Of a stretch of 64,000 nt of DNA, positions 1 through 14,779 are shown in pieces; the stretch's first letter is position 1, and every line of letters begins with the position of its first letter. A program made the translations under genes and the position numbers. This DNA comes from Bugula neritina (taxonomy: Eukaryota > Animalia > Bryozoa). Where the stretch lies: assembly GCA_964035545.1 (NCBI GenBank), contig OZ037771.1, positions 2,615,628-2,679,627 on the forward strand. The letters run 5' to 3'. The notes beneath the pieces are model-generated. The model did no database searches, was not told where the DNA came from, and was given only the letters and a program-made list of their open reading frames with translations.

Positions 1-1351
1 TTAGCATCCTTCTTTCCAACTTCAGAGTCAGATTGCTTTTCCATATTAGAGTGATCAATATAACCAAAGTAGTGAAAAGGATTATCTGAAAAGAAAAATT
101 TGTGAACTTACAAATATGAAATAATAAGATAATAATATATATTGATATTAACATAGACTATAAAGTTTAATTAAAACAAACTTTTTCTGATTAAAAAACA
201 AATTTTGCAAATAAGTTGCTTTTAAAAATTAATGTAGGAATATATACATTAGATTAGCAATAACTTGACATTACATTTATTTAAGACATAAGTTTACAAA
301 CATTTTCAATTTATCATCTATAATACAATTATTATTTTTAATATTATTATTAACTCTAAAGTTTAAAAGTTTAAAATTAAATTCAACATGGGAGATGCAA
401 GACCTCTAGCTTTAAATTAAAAACTACTGAGACAATGAAATTAAATATATCTATAGTTCTACTGGTCTAACTTTAAGTTACACCTCTTATAGTAGTACTA
501 GTAGTACTAGGATGATAAATTAACGTTTAACTTATAACTATAGTCTCACTGATCATAGTGTTAGTTAAAAGATAAACTTGAGTATATATAATAATAATTC
601 TTCATTATTATTATAATTTTCTATTAAGTTGCATCTGATAACTTATTACATTTGTAAGTGATACCAAATATATGTTTAGTGGTCTAACCTGTATTTTGGC
701 GAATCTCCATGTTTTTCAGATCTTTAAATAAACCCCTGTGAAAGGGCAGTTCGAAAGTCTTTCTACAACCAGCTATTAAAGAAAGTGTATTATTAACTTG
801 CATTAAAAGCCAACAATGCTCTGTATAGCCTGAAATAATGGCTTGTTGTATGTAATCCTTTCAGTAAAAGCTATTCCTTTTATGCAAAATTTGCTTTATT
901 TGTGCACCTAAGTAACTTCTTACGAGTACACCGTGCATTGAAATAATTTCTTTGTTCAAATACCCATTGTACACCTAGCTTATAATTTATAGCCAGTATA
1001 CAGATTATACACTGTATACACTAACGTTTAAGCTATGAGCAAGTTTCAGAATATGGTATCATATTTTCAGGATCGAATAAGTGCATGGCGCAAATTCATG
1101 GTTATGTGCTGGTTATTTGGAGAAGTTTAGAAGAAATATGTTTAACTTTAATATTGCAAATTACCAGATGCCTAAAGTTTTGAAATTTTAGTATTTTGCA
1201 TCAAACTTAGGCAAAAATTTTATGCTCTAACAAAATAACCACATATACCCCATTCTAACATTGCAAAGACAGATGTTACCAAGTTGATACATGAATTGTG
1301 CCAGCAGCTTGAACCAAAATATAATATTAATATTATTTGATGGGTGTACAT
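1..1351 (-). CDS. Partial spliced gene of unknown product running off the left edge (candidate exons 1351-1249, 829-689, 85-1)
   Basis: Phase-compatible GT/AG junctions join into one open frame: MYTHQIILILYFGSSCWHNSC...EWG|YTEHCWLLMQ...IRQNT|DNPFHYFGY... Good acceptors (tttcag) sit before 829 and 85. No recognisable domain. Confidence 0.45.
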
Positions 1352-3514
1352 AAATTATGTTGATAACTAAACGATTTTTTAAAAATTGGCTCAAAACTGT
1401 TGGTTTTACACAATTTTTTATGTACACACAGTATGTGAATCACACCAATAGTGAGTCAAACTGATTTAATAGACTAATTATTCCAATTTGTTGGCAATTT
1501 TTGAGATAAAGTTGAAATTTAATTTTTAATGATTGGCTTGTTTATAAAGTGACAGTTTATTTTAATGATGTCAAAATATACAACTTTATTTCATTATCTC
1601 ACCGTATAAAATTCCAAAATTTCTATTGAAAACTGCATGCATCTAAAAATAGCTGAGTAACTGATTCTACTAGGGCATTATTTAAATTTACTTATTTGAA
1701 TTTATGTCTTAACCCTTCCCAGATCACAGATACATGTATTATGTCTTTTTAAACTTTTTTATTCACAGGTTAATTGAGCAAGTACGCCCAGTAAATGTAC
1801 AAACGATACCGCCTATGTTAAAGTTTTAGCTTTAGACCAAATTACTCCAAGATTTATATAAGCAATGTTAAAAATGCACCTCAGTAGTTTATAGATCATT
1901 ATAGACAATAAATCTGAATAAATGAAAAGCTACAAAGCCAGCTAATAACTTTTAATTCAATACCAGAATACTAAAATTAGCAGTACATTTTGCATTGTTT
2001 TTATAACTTAAAAGAGTTAGCTATTTGGCAGCCTTGTGACGATGCAGCCTTGTAGAATAAAGCGCAATGACTCTGAAAAGTTAAAAGGTTAAATTAGTCA
2101 TACGTAAATTTGCTAATAATTGAAAGAAATAATGTCTGGACTGTTATTATGAACTATATAGCATTGAATGGGTTCAATAACAGGGTTGATTTGGAGACTT
2201 TATAACACCAACATTTATAAAAGTACTCTTTGATCATTAGACCAGTCTTAATACATCAATGGATCTCTTGAAAGATTTTTCATCAAATAATATATTTGTA
2301 ATTTACCGGTATATGTTGTACAACTAAAATAATGGAAATTCATTTAAAATTGTGTTTGGCAAAATATACAGTACTTCGATTAGGTTAGCATATGATTATC
2401 ACATACAATAGATACCTTTTCATGTACGGCTCACAAATATAATGCTATATAACAATGCTAGCTAAAAAAACTATGATTTATCAACTTTTATTCAGTTGTA
2501 AAGTTAGTTAGTTTTTAAATTTTTATCCTAATAACTGTTCATAACTCATTGCTCAACTTGTTGCGCCTAAAGTCATTCCTGAATGAACTACTTGCATTCA
2601 AGGCTGGAGTAACTATTAAAGCTGCTTGACTAATGGGTTTTTAAGGTGCTTTAGTCAGGTTTGGGATTTGGAGTTATATAACTATATATTATAACTATTT
2701 ATACGTCAACCTAAAAGATTGTCTTTATTTAGAATAGGGTGCTGTCCAGAATTAATAAATAGAGAGTGCAGATTGTCTTCAAAGTCCAGGTCTAAAGTTA
2801 AACATAAATATAAATAGCTAATTGCTATATTTATATTTTTGTCACTATAAATTGGTTATCTACAAGCTGCTTAGCTGTCTCACTAGAAATTGTTATATAT
2901 AGTAGCTTAACTGTTTTAGCCAAAGCCAGTAGTCTTGGAAAGTAAAGCATATATACCAGAATGTCAAATTATGCATATATAACCATCTTAGTATAGTATT
3001 ATTAAACAGGGCAACTTAGTCTAAACATTGCTCTTTTGTTTTACTGGAACTAACAACAGCTATAAGTTACTGCCGCTGAACTGAAACTATAGTTCGATAG
3101 TTACTGCTATATATTTATCTCAATCCTAAGTAAATAAGTCTTATGAATATTATGCTTTGATGCATTATTTCCATGTAATCTTAAAATTTAAGTAGGCTCT
3201 TACAATATTATTATGTAATAGTCCTTCATTTGAATAAGCATTAAAATCTTTGTTTACTACTCAACGATAAACATATACCGTGCTCCTGCAAACATTTGGT
3301 TGTATAAAATACATAAGCAAAGCATTAATATGGCCTACGTAGCTGAGTGATATTTTTGTAGTTTATTAGTTTACCTCAGTTGGAAGCAATGGGACTAATT
3401 CGAAATAATGACCACTAAACACCAATCTGTCACATAATGAGACAAGACATTTTTTTCTACTACTGAATTTTAGTGCATATATATATCTTCTTTTAGCCAA
3501 TCACTTGCAATGAT

Positions 3515-5690
3515 TTCAGGTAAAAATGGCACAGGTAAAAATGGCACAGGTGATAATAGCACAGGTGATAATGGCACAAATGGAAAGTTAGGTAAAAATA
3601 ACAAACTGATGTAAAATTTTCTCAAACCCCAAGTCCAAACCACCCACCTGAAACCCAAGCCGCCAACCTTGGAATCCAACCCCAAACTCAAACCTCTATT
3701 CCAAACTCCGACCCCAAACCCCAAACCCTAATTTTGAAAGTGTACCATTATTTGGTGATTAATCAATATTTGGAAGGCCCATTGCTTCGAAGGTGCATTA
3801 GTCTTAAAATTAGTAGAGATAGTATTATATCGCTGAGAATATCATAAATTTCACTCACAATCTTGCTATATTATTGCTAGCTGTAGGTGGCATGCGTGTG
3901 GCCTACTTGTAATTTTTTTAGCCTGAGATTACTTTACGATGCTGCTTCAATCAGGGCTACATAATATATCAACATTCTATTGTGGCTGTCTCATAAACTA
4001 AGTACACAGCAAGCTATTCACTAGCCTGTCAGCTAGCAAGCCTGTAATTAGTAATCTATGAATTAGTATCTCCTCATCTCTTCATCTGAGTGTTGTGCAA
4101 GGGTGATTTAATTAGTATTTTTATTTCACAGTTCATATAAAAATGACAGCTATGGGCAATGAACTCAAAATAGCCAGTTCAATGGCTATAGGGACAGCAA
4201 TTCTATTCTAGCTAATGTCAGTCAGCTTATATAGGCCTTTCATATGCTTACTATTAACTGAAAAACTAAAGTAAAAATATTAAAGCCAAGCAAACATTTT
4301 GGGTCTGCTGGACTGTATTTATGATAAGCTTGATAAAAGTTTACCTCATAGTTTATAAAAAATAGTTTGCATTTTATTTTGGCGCCAAAAAATTATTGGT
4401 ATTCAATGAAATAGTAAATTTCTGGCTTGGCAATTAATTATTTGATATCACATTTAATCTCTAAAAGTATTCTTAATATCAGTAAATGCAAGCATTTAAG
4501 ACAAAAAAAGATAAACATCTTGGACGCTACTTAAAATTAAATAACCAAAGCTGCACGCACACCATACCCCAAACAAAACAACTCTACAAGATATGTAGAT
4601 AACTGATAAGGGCAAAATTATTAGCATATAAGAGTTCAGGCTTGCTAAATGAAGCCTCACCTAACCTAAAATTTAAAAACTATGTTGCATATCTTCCTGT
4701 TGCTCAGAGCAACTTTTTGAAATGTTTAATAAATAATTTTAATTCTAATAATAATTCTACTAATTTTCGGACTAATGCATTTTAGGAGCAATGCACCTTC
4801 AGAATATTGCACCGTCCCCCCATTATTGCTTGTGCCATTATTACCAAGTCTTGCCATCTTTAACCTGGGTACCAACTTGAAATACATGCTGCTTTGTTAT
4901 TACAGCATGAATGAAATATTTATTTGGAATTTTGATAATGATGATGTTAAATTCATAAACTTATGTGTTGAATTTATAATCTTAAAGTAAGCTATTCTAG
5001 CAAGCTAACCCACCAACCCCATTCTTGCATGCTTTTAAGGGTTATAGTTGATAGTATATGTGCTTGTTTAAATAAAGATGCTACCTAGGCTGTTATTAAG
5101 AATTATTTGCAGCTTTACACTATTTACCAAACTTACACTTTAATGTAGCTATAGAAACTATTCTGAAAAATGTTTTGTACATTAGGAAGCATAGATAAAA
5201 AATTACCATGTGAAGATTATTTTGCTAAAACTCAGTGCTATCCCAGCCAATAAAATTTTAACTTAAAGTAGTATATTTGTGAACTGCCTTAGCCTCTAAT
5301 ACTTAATTGTAGTATAGTGTTTACTGGCTAATTGTATTTTCTAATTCTAATAATAAAGGGTACAACAAACGATTATACCAATAATTTTTACTAAAGACTG
5401 CATGTAAAACTTTCAGCTCACCTTGCCATCTATTCTTAATTACAGTTTGAAATAAATTTTGCTGGTCTAAGACCTAGGTTTTTGCATTGAAACATAGACT
5501 TTATTCAAACTGGTAAGACTAAATTAATTAGTACCAACACTGCAGGTAACGGTGGGTAGTTGGGGGTTTGGAAATATTTAGCATCACTGTTACATCTTAC
5601 CTACTCTTTCATTTGTCATTATTACCTTACCATTATTAATTGTGCCAATATTGCTCATGCATGCACCTGTGCCATTTCTGTCAGACACCT
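3515..5690. mobile_element. Degenerate non-autonomous DNA-element relic with 15-bp GGCAC subrepeats and an aaaccc-rich tract; probably contains a nested ~1.07 kb TIR element (~3753-4819)
   Basis: ggtaaaaatggcaca-like unit x4 at ~3520-3580, with mirrored gtgcca motifs at ~4830 and ~5640-5675. Diverged ~60-bp inverted repeat 3765-3825 vs 4750-4810, flanked by a ccattatt direct repeat (3745-3752, 4820-4827). Confidence 0.35.
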
Positions 5691-5799
5691 ATCTGTTACA
5701 TGGAGTTGTCACAGGGGGCTTTCCTAAACATTGCAGATACAATTGCTTATAGCAAAGAACAAAACTTAGAATATTTCACTCAGAATTTGTGTTACTAAT

Positions 5800-8700
5800 A
5801 GACCATGTAAAACTCAGCCAATCAGCGAAGTGTACCAGGTCAATGTCTTACCATTGTAACTGATATAAAATTCTGCAAGTTCAATTGCAAAATGCATGCT
5901 TCTAAAAGCTAGTTGTGCAACTTTTTTTTCATGCATTATTTAATTTCATATCTTGAATTGATGACTCTTGAAATGATTTTTTAAAATGTCTAAATTAAGT
6001 GTTTATAAAACGCAATTAAAAATTGCATGTCTAGAAAAATGACCTGGTACACTTTTGCAACTTAAGGCCAATTATTACATAACTGCCAGCTTAGTAGTTA
6101 TTTGTTGTTGCAGCTTGAATGGGTTATTGTTTAGCATTGGAAGCTTGCAGTAAACATCTGTGAATTTGGTACATGACTTTGATTGGCTGGTTTTTGAATG
6201 GCCCTTTAGTATATGCATCTGGATGGCTGGGTAGTGTAGACTCCGCCTACATCTAGCTAATGTACAGTAGCCAATCCACAGTAGTATTACAAAATTTCTG
6301 TTTAACAAATGAAATATTCTGGTCATTTGTTTTGTACTTTACAATAGTAAATATTCTATTCAACTATAATTTTATTGTATGTAAGCCATGGGAACTACTA
6401 AGAGGTTAAATCAACCACCCATGCTGGTAATATTGTTGCTCGCAGTAATAGCAAGTCCACACCATATAGATATACACATAAGCTATTATGTGCAGCTTAT
6501 GAATGCTGAAATGACCCCATTTCTTACTTTCAATTTGAAAAAAATTGTATTACATATTCTGCCACTTCTGCACCAAGAATTTGTTTTCCTTTTAAATTTT
6601 GAAAATAGTAGTCAGTTTCTGCAGCAGTCAACTGCATCCACAATAAACAACGTAAGTTTTCAAATAAACTATAAATATATGAAATATTAGTGTGGAAACA
6701 ATGTAATTTAGTTCTTGCTATGATGAAGAATTACAAGAATATTATATTATAGAAGCTAGATATAGATTTATATAAAATGGCGCAGGTAAAAATAACACAT
6801 TTTTACTTCAAATTCTAAATTTCATCAGTCACCAATGGTGGCTGTAGATTACAGAGAGCATAGCAGACTATCATAATCATAAGGATGGTCAGCCCACTGA
6901 GCAAAATCCAACTCCAACCTTTCATTTGGGTTACCAACGCACTAAAGCATATAATGTAAGACGAACAAAAAACAGTGGTTTTAATGAAACATGTGGAGGA
7001 AGCGAACAGAAAACGTTATCAACAGAGTCAGCTGATATAGAGCAACAGAACTCATCTGACAGCCATCCTCATAGTCAGACTTCATCAGAAGTAACTGAGT
7101 TACCAGAATCATCAACTACTCAGAAAAAAAGATCTGCACATTCTATTGATAGACGAAAATCAAAAGTTGGAAGAAAAGGCTCAAAAAGATCCACGTTTAA
7201 ACAAAAAGCAACTATTGAAAAAGTAAAAGTTTTTAAAACTTTCACCACTACAGATGAGCAAACTAAATTCTATACTGGAATACCTACACGTTCTTTATAC
7301 TATTTTTTAGCAAGGTGAAAATTATGATTTTCTAATTGCAAAGATAGACTATATGGTTTATTACAAATAAACAATGCAAGTCTCACTATGCTAAAATTTC
7401 TACATTGAATAAATTTGATGTGTAGTAAAACTGTCATTTTAATTAAATTTGTTGCAGTGTGAGTACATCATTCATACATTTTTTATTAAAGATGTTGTTT
7501 TATGTAAGATATTCATAAATACCACAGTGGTCATCTGTATGCTTTGACTTATTTAGTTTAGGGTTTTATTTAAACAAGCAGCAGTATTTTATTTGTGGAC
7601 AAATTGACTCACTTTCTCTAGGAAAAGTAAATTGTTTTGACTTAAATTTTCCTTGGTTATTTTAAAGCTTATCAAAAGTGGCCTCCTAATCAAATTTTTA
7701 GCTGAAACTAACTCAGTGTTTAAAACTAAAATGGTTTACACTTGTTACTAGTTTCACTTATTCACAAATATTATTAAATGCTATTCTAGAAATAATATGG
7801 GTTTGAATTAGTTATAGTATAATTATAAAATGAAGTAATAATTGTTTGTCCACAGTATTTGTTTAAACTCATAACTTCATTCAAAGCATGTATTCATACA
7901 ACTAGCTTACCATGTACTGTTACAGTATTATGTAACACATGTTGACACACATTACATTCTGTTTGGATGGTGATATATTGGGTCAAGCCTTCAGCTAGCA
8001 GTTCTTGAACTTCATAGTTGTTGCAAAATATAACTGAAGCTACTTACCAGAGGGTAAAAACTGCTGAATGAATACAAACTAAGCACAAAATTTATTTAGC
8101 ACATACATTATAATTTGAATTATAATTTAATTTTCATTCTTTATTTTCTATATTTAGATTTATATGTCCGAAGATGAAAGTTCTTATTCTCCAAAAAAAA
8201 TTAACAGGACAAGATAGACTTTTATTGGCTTTGATGAAGCTGCGTCAAGGTTTACAGTTTCAAATACTTGCTGGCCTTTTTTATATCTCTAGATTGCTAG
8301 CAAGCAAAACCTTCCAAAACACATTAGATATTTTAGCAAGAGAACTGAACAATCTAATAGTTTTTCCAACAAGAGAGAAGCTGAACATCCCTCTGAGCTT
8401 TCAAAGCCAATATGCTACCATATATTTGTAGTTTATTTGAAAGCTTACGTTGTGGATGTTGACTGCTATAGAAACTGACTACTATTTTCAAAATTTAAAA
8501 GGAAAACAAGTTCCTGGTGCAGAAGTGGCAGAATATGTAATACAATTTTTTTCAAGTTGAAAGTAAGAAATGGGGTCATTTCAGCATTCATAAGCTGCAC
8601 ATACTAGCTTATGTGTATATCTATACGGTGTGGACTTGCTATTACTGCGAGCAACAATATTACCAGCATGGGTGGTTGATTTAACCTCTTAGTAGTTCCC

Positions 8701-9290
8701 ATGGCTTACATACAATAAAATTATAGTTAAATAGAATATTTACTATTGTAAAGTACAAAACAAATGACCAGAATATTTCATTTGTTAAACAGAAATTTTG
8801 TAATACTACTGTGGATTGGCTACTGTACATTAGCTAGATGTAGGCGGAGTCCACACTACCTAGCCATCCAGATGCATATACTAAAGGGCCATTCAAAAAC
8901 CAGCCAATCAAAGTCATGTACCAAATTCACAGATGTTTACTGCAAGCTTCCAATGCTAAACAATAACTCATTCAAGCTGCAACAACAAATAACTACTAAG
9001 CTGGCAGTTATGTAATAATTGGCCTTAAGTTGCAAAAGTGTACCAGGTCATTTTTCTAGACATGCAATTTTTAATTGCGTTTTATAAACACTTAATTTAG
9101 ACATTTTAAAAAATCATTTCAAGAGTCATCAATTTAAGATATGAAATTAAATAATGCATGAAAAAAAAGTTGCACAACTAGCTTTTAGAAGCATGCATTT
9201 TGCAATTGAACTTGCAGAATTTTATATCAGTTACAATGGTAAGACATTGACCTGGTACACTTCGCTGATTGGCTGAGTTTTACATGGTCT
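5800..9290 (+). mobile_element. ISL2EU/PHIS (Harbinger-related) DNA transposon derivative with ~880-bp inverted arms; DDE domain missing
   Basis: Arms 5800-6681 and 8419-9290 are near-identical reverse complements (the same 83-aa ORF appears on both strands). Ends are AGACC...GGTCT flanked by AT/AT. The interior has THAP-like and HTH_Tnp_4-like remnants. Confidence 0.8.
6488..8431 (+). pseudogene. Truncated THAP + HTH transposase gene (intron 7315-8157)
   Basis: CAAYEC*N at ~6490; DGQPTEQNPTPTFHLGY (THAP C-terminal type) at ~6885-6935; TDEQTKFYTGIP; then, after a GT-AG intron, KKLTGQDRLLLALMKLRQGLQFQILAGLFYIS...LIVFPTRE...PLSF (HTH of DDE-4 transposases), cut off by the right arm. Confidence 0.7.
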
Positions 9291-12200
9291 ATTCTAAATA
9301 ATAGCTCAACTATAAACAAACCCATTATATGCCAGCTAACTAATTCATTAGTTTCATACCAAATTCCAAAATGTTACATAATCAACCAAATGCTAAATTT
9401 AATAACTCATTGTTGCTATAATAACAAGGACAGAATATATTGTCCGTTGTACCAGCAACAGCTGCAGCTATAAGCAGCCCAGTAAGCCTTGAGGAATATT
9501 TTCAAACGCATAATTTTCAACAGCGCCGGCCACGATTAAATTTTAAAGTATTAATAAATTCTATGCTCAATATATGCAAAATTTGCTACAAATATTTTTA
9601 GAAACATGCAACGCGCTTGAACTTGAAACAATTTATTTAATTTATTATGGTGAGATATACCAGCGATGCCATTCTACTTAGACGGTTTTCACTTATACCA
9701 TATTTGTAAATTTTAGCGTAATATATGTATTTTATACTATTATTTAGCACATAATAGAAAGCAAGAAGCCACCAGCAAGCCATTTACAGTAACAATGCTT
9801 CTATAAGAAGCCATCTTGCACAAACCTTAAACCTAAAGGTAAAAGAGAGACAAGATATAATAAGAAAAAGTTGCAATATAGCAGTACGTGATATACCAAG
9901 AAACGCATTTGTGTATTTGATTCTGTTATTCTGAATAAAATAAACTGTAGCTAAACTAGTATTGAGTCAAAGCAAATAGCTGGCTTGGTAGCTTGTTTCA
10001 TGTTTAGCAGTAAATGCAACAGTTATATTTGCATATTACTATATATATTGTACCAAAATAAAAAATCGACTAACTGGGATGAAACCGTTTTCCATACTCA
10101 GTGCATCTATATGATGGGTTTGTTCTAACCGCTATTGTTCAAATTTTATCTATCAGTTGGTGAAAATATAGGCAATGTGAGATAAATTCACTAGTTTATG
10201 TAAAAACTGATTTATTGAGAAAATTTGATGTAATATATTTTTATTTGTAAAACCTAAAAGTAAAATGTACAATGGATAAATGTCATTCATGTATATTAAC
10301 TTTGTGTGTGGTATGTTACAGACCAGTATTTGCCTATCACCCCATCTGGGGAACATGATACAGGTGTTGTTATTAAAGCACTGCAAACAAAGGCATTCTT
10401 TCTTGAAATTAGTAGTTGGCTGGTGAAAGTAAACATAAGCATTTGTAGCTTTCATGAACCCAAAACCCATCTTTCTAAGAGTTTTATTTACTTCTAAAGT
10501 TGTTTGTCCCTGTATAGGCAAACACTCTCATTGAAGATTTTTAATGTTGCTCTGAGAAAAAAGGATGTCAAAGGAAATATTACTTCACAAGCTTCAACTA
10601 CTATAGTATAAAGAATAAGAATAAGCACTTCATAAAAATTTTAACTTACAAGTTGCAAAGTGTTTTTATTTAAAAAACATAACACTTCATACTTCATAAA
10701 TTGATAATATATTTCTTTGGGGTTTTTTAGAAGATATGCCAAGAGACATAAAAATATATTGCAAATGCTAGTGCTGACCAACCTTGTTTAGAAACCTAAA
10801 ACTTTTAGTCAACCAAACAAATTTAATCAAAATGTAGAAATCACTTTTCACATCATAAATGACGTATTTCTTGCTTTAAATTTGTAGTCTAAGATTATTT
10901 TCACAAAAGCTCTTTAGATGTTTTACACGTTTCACAGGAAAATGTCAATTATAAAGTGGCTATGCTCTAATAACAGTTATGACCATCTGTAAAAGCTGTG
11001 CTTGCTTCCAATACAATAGTTAGTTCATTGAAATATAACTGGAGAGGCAACAACTGAAGCTATTAAAATATTTTATTTTGTAGCTTGCTCTATTTATCCT
11101 ACAGTTTAGAAATAAAGTACTTGGTTCCCACCATTTAGCATTGTACTCTTTAAATAGTTCAGGGTACAAATGTCAAAGCATTTTAGCTGGTACACAAAAT
11201 ATTTCAATAAAATACTTTATAACAGTTTTATTCTATTGAATATTGACTAGTCACCCTTAAAGCAAATTATAGCCTATCCACGTTGCCAGCCAATAGGTTC
11301 CACGCTAATGTACTAGAAATAGAACTTATCAGCAAAATATTAATAAATAACTATTAAATTTGGGCTTTCAGTTGCTCAGATAAATTAAAATTACAATTGT
11401 CAATCAACATAAAACTAAAATATAGTAGCTAGTCTTTTAAAGTGGCCTACAGCAAGAAGTAGTTATTTTTACCGGTCTATGACAAAACATAGGAAATATC
11501 TATCCTGTCAAATAGTATCTGAGTAGTTGTAAAATTTGTTTGAAATACTGGTATTATGCACAGCATAATATAAATATAATCAAAGTATGCCAGCAAATGA
11601 GACTTATAGTTTACTCTGTTACTACTGAACACTGTAGTAGTATTCACACAATTCACACTGCACTATTGCTATAAGTAGCTCAGTTAGATATGTAAGCTAG
11701 TATAATATATCTATTAACTTCAGTATAGTTATCCATATCTATTGTCTCATGCAAAAACTTTTTTATGAAGTTTAATACTTCTAGTGTAATAGAATATAGT
11801 AATGATGTCACTTAGCTCTTCTCCATTTAGAGCTATAGATGATTATATACTAGATTCATCCCCTTTTCATTGGTAGGAAAGCTTCTAATCTTTATTCTGG
11901 TGCATGCGCTTTCAACACTGAATAAAAATTTATTGTCTTCTGGTGTTTATAAGGAAAACTCGTGTCTAGTTGCAGACTATTTCCAGCTGTTAAACCTATT
12001 TTTCAATTTGGTACCTTTATAATGTATATATATATATAGCTATATAACTGTAGATTGATTGCTAAATAGCTGATATGCTATAATAGCTATAATAGCTAAT
12101 TATCTAATTATCTAAGTATCCGGAATAATAGTTCACATTTCACAGAATTGCTCATGGCAAAAACAGTAATATGTTAATAATAAACATTATTTTAATGAAT

Positions 12201-14779
12201 ACCTATTAACACATTATTTTTCAATCAACAAGAAGTAGAGAATATGCAAAATTATTAAATACAATTAAATTAAATCAAATTAAAATCAATGCAGATCACA
12301 GAAATTTATTCATGTACTGGATATAACAAACAATTGATCCAACTTTATTTAACTATGATATATTTTAATATTATTCAAATAAATATAGAATAAATATTAT
12401 TGTACAAAAATAAACAAATAGTGTCCAAGTAAGATAGATTCAAGTAGGAAATTTAGCTTAGCATCTATAATAAATGGGAACCATCTATATCTGCGATGAC
12501 AGAATATATTAATCGATAATATTTATAATCTACAAAAGTTACAACTAAAAGTCAAAAAGGTTCTAAGGCAGTAGAATCTCAGGGTGTCTTCAATGTTTTG
12601 AGAAGTAATATTTTGGAGTATTGAAATTACATGTTCTTCAGAGTTTATAGGCCAATATTGTTAAAAATAAACATGTTTTGAAGTTAAGATAAAATATTAT
12701 TATAAAGGTTAAAATTGAGAGCATAAAAAGATTATAGACACTATAATGTGTTTTTGGTGAATTTTGATTTTATATGTTGGCAAATCTGTTTGGATCTTGT
12801 TTGAGGAATACAATTTTGATTGACTTTATACAACTGGCAAAAAGTTCAAGATGAGTTTGCATTACAGATGAAGGGCTGGCACATGTTTTGGAGGATATGA
12901 ATTTTATTCATTCAGAGTTTAAAAGAAAAGCAGTGCACTGGTGTATTCTGCAGTGCAGATGTATAGAGTTTAAAAAACCTGCATTGCAAAATCCGAATAT
13001 AAATATGCAATTTATACTACAAGTTTGTAAATTCTAAACCAGCTCACATATTTCCTGTGTAAATGCAGCAAATGAAAGGATACCTCTTAAAAGATTGTAT
13101 TATTTTAATTGGTTTAACATCCTATATTGCATTGCTTGAAACACCTAGGTTATATAATAAGTCGGATAAAAACATATAAATCTGGCTCCCCACAGCTTTA
13201 CCAAGGATATCAACGATGCAAGTGCTCTTAGCCTATCTATATAACTATAGCCAAAATAATTTATCTAACTAGAAAGGATATCAGAAATTTGCAACAATAT
13301 GGACATTGCATCTTGGTTTATAATGAAGAAGTTCCAGATTTAAGATATTATATTTATATTGCTAACAAAAGAATTGCTTTGAATAAACTGTAAAATTTAA
13401 TCTTCAAAATTATAGCAAGGTATAGTGCAAGGTAGTTAAATGATCATCGATTTTGTATAAAATAATAAACAAGTTGAAGTATGACTGTTAGTTAAATAAA
13501 ATAGATGTAGATAGTCATATTTTACAACTGATGGCCTAATTCTTGATGCCGCCTAACAGAGCTATATATATCAATTGATTCCAGTTAACGCTGTTTTATA
13601 ATTTTGAAAGAAAATCTCATGTTGAGTAGGAAAGGCATTTGCATGCTTTTAATAGGTTAATTTTTAGTTTATTTGTTGACTAAAAGTGACCATAAGAAAA
13701 AAGCTGTCTATAATTATGCCTAGTATCTATTATGTACATAGTTGCATTTAAAAAAAAACTGTTTACTTTTTAAAAATTTCTCAAGTGGCAGCATTGGACT
13801 TGAATTGATATAAGAATACAACTTAGTTTCCCACAATAAATTTCAAAATGGAGTTTTTTTTAATTTTATTTACACCAAAACAGGCAAAAATGCACACATG
13901 CACAAACCATGTGCACACATGCACACGTAAAAACCTAATTATAATTTAATAAAGAGTTATATTTCCAATATACATTATCCTAGTTGCATTGGAAGGCAAA
14001 ATTGAAGGGAAATATTTCACAGTAACGCCTTATGTTACACTTCAACTTAATTAAATTTCAGACATATAACATTCAAGTCCATTACAATATTTTATTTACA
14101 GAACTCTGGTGCAATTTCAATTTTGAATATTAAGATTCAACAAAACCTAACCTGAACGAATTTTCAAAAGACATATTTATTTTCAGTAACAGACAACTCT
14201 TAAAAACTTCATCCAATCAAGCAAATTTTTACTTAAGATAGATTGCGCAATACTACTCCGGTAACTAACGCATAATTTAACATCAGCGTTATTTTTTAAA
14301 GTGCAGCAAGCACATTTTGTAAATTATTAAACGTTTTGTTTTAATCACTATATATGGCTGTCAAGCAAGCTATTAGATAGCTTTTGACGCTAGCTTTTAT
14401 GCAACCCACTATAATTAAATTCATGATCACCCAATAAACTTGTTATTTAGTTTTTTCATAAATACACTGTTTATGTTTTTTTAGCCTAAGTTTTCCTACT
14501 CAACAGGTCAAATTTCTTCATTATATTGTCATCAATTATCAATAAAAATAACTTGCCATAACCAGTAAAAAGTTGCCCTTCAATTTCAATCTTTTATTAG
14601 GAAACACTTTAGATATTTTCTTCTTTGCTCTAATAAATTATTGTTTATAATTACAAAAGTTCTTGCTTTACATCAAACTTTATATAACACTATAAAATAA
14701 TTATAAGCATAATTGTAGAAATAGAGAGAGTCCGCAACTCCAACTACAAAACTAAATATTTGAGTTGTGTAAAAATAGA

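Noticed and set aside
6075-9015. Twin 83-aa ORFs (6075-6326 minus, 8764-9015 plus) as a duplicated gene
   Set aside because: They only reflect the inverted arms; no domain or splice evidence.
10153-10521. 122-aa minus-strand ORF
   Set aside because: No recognisable motif, non-ATG start, and no convincing exon chain.
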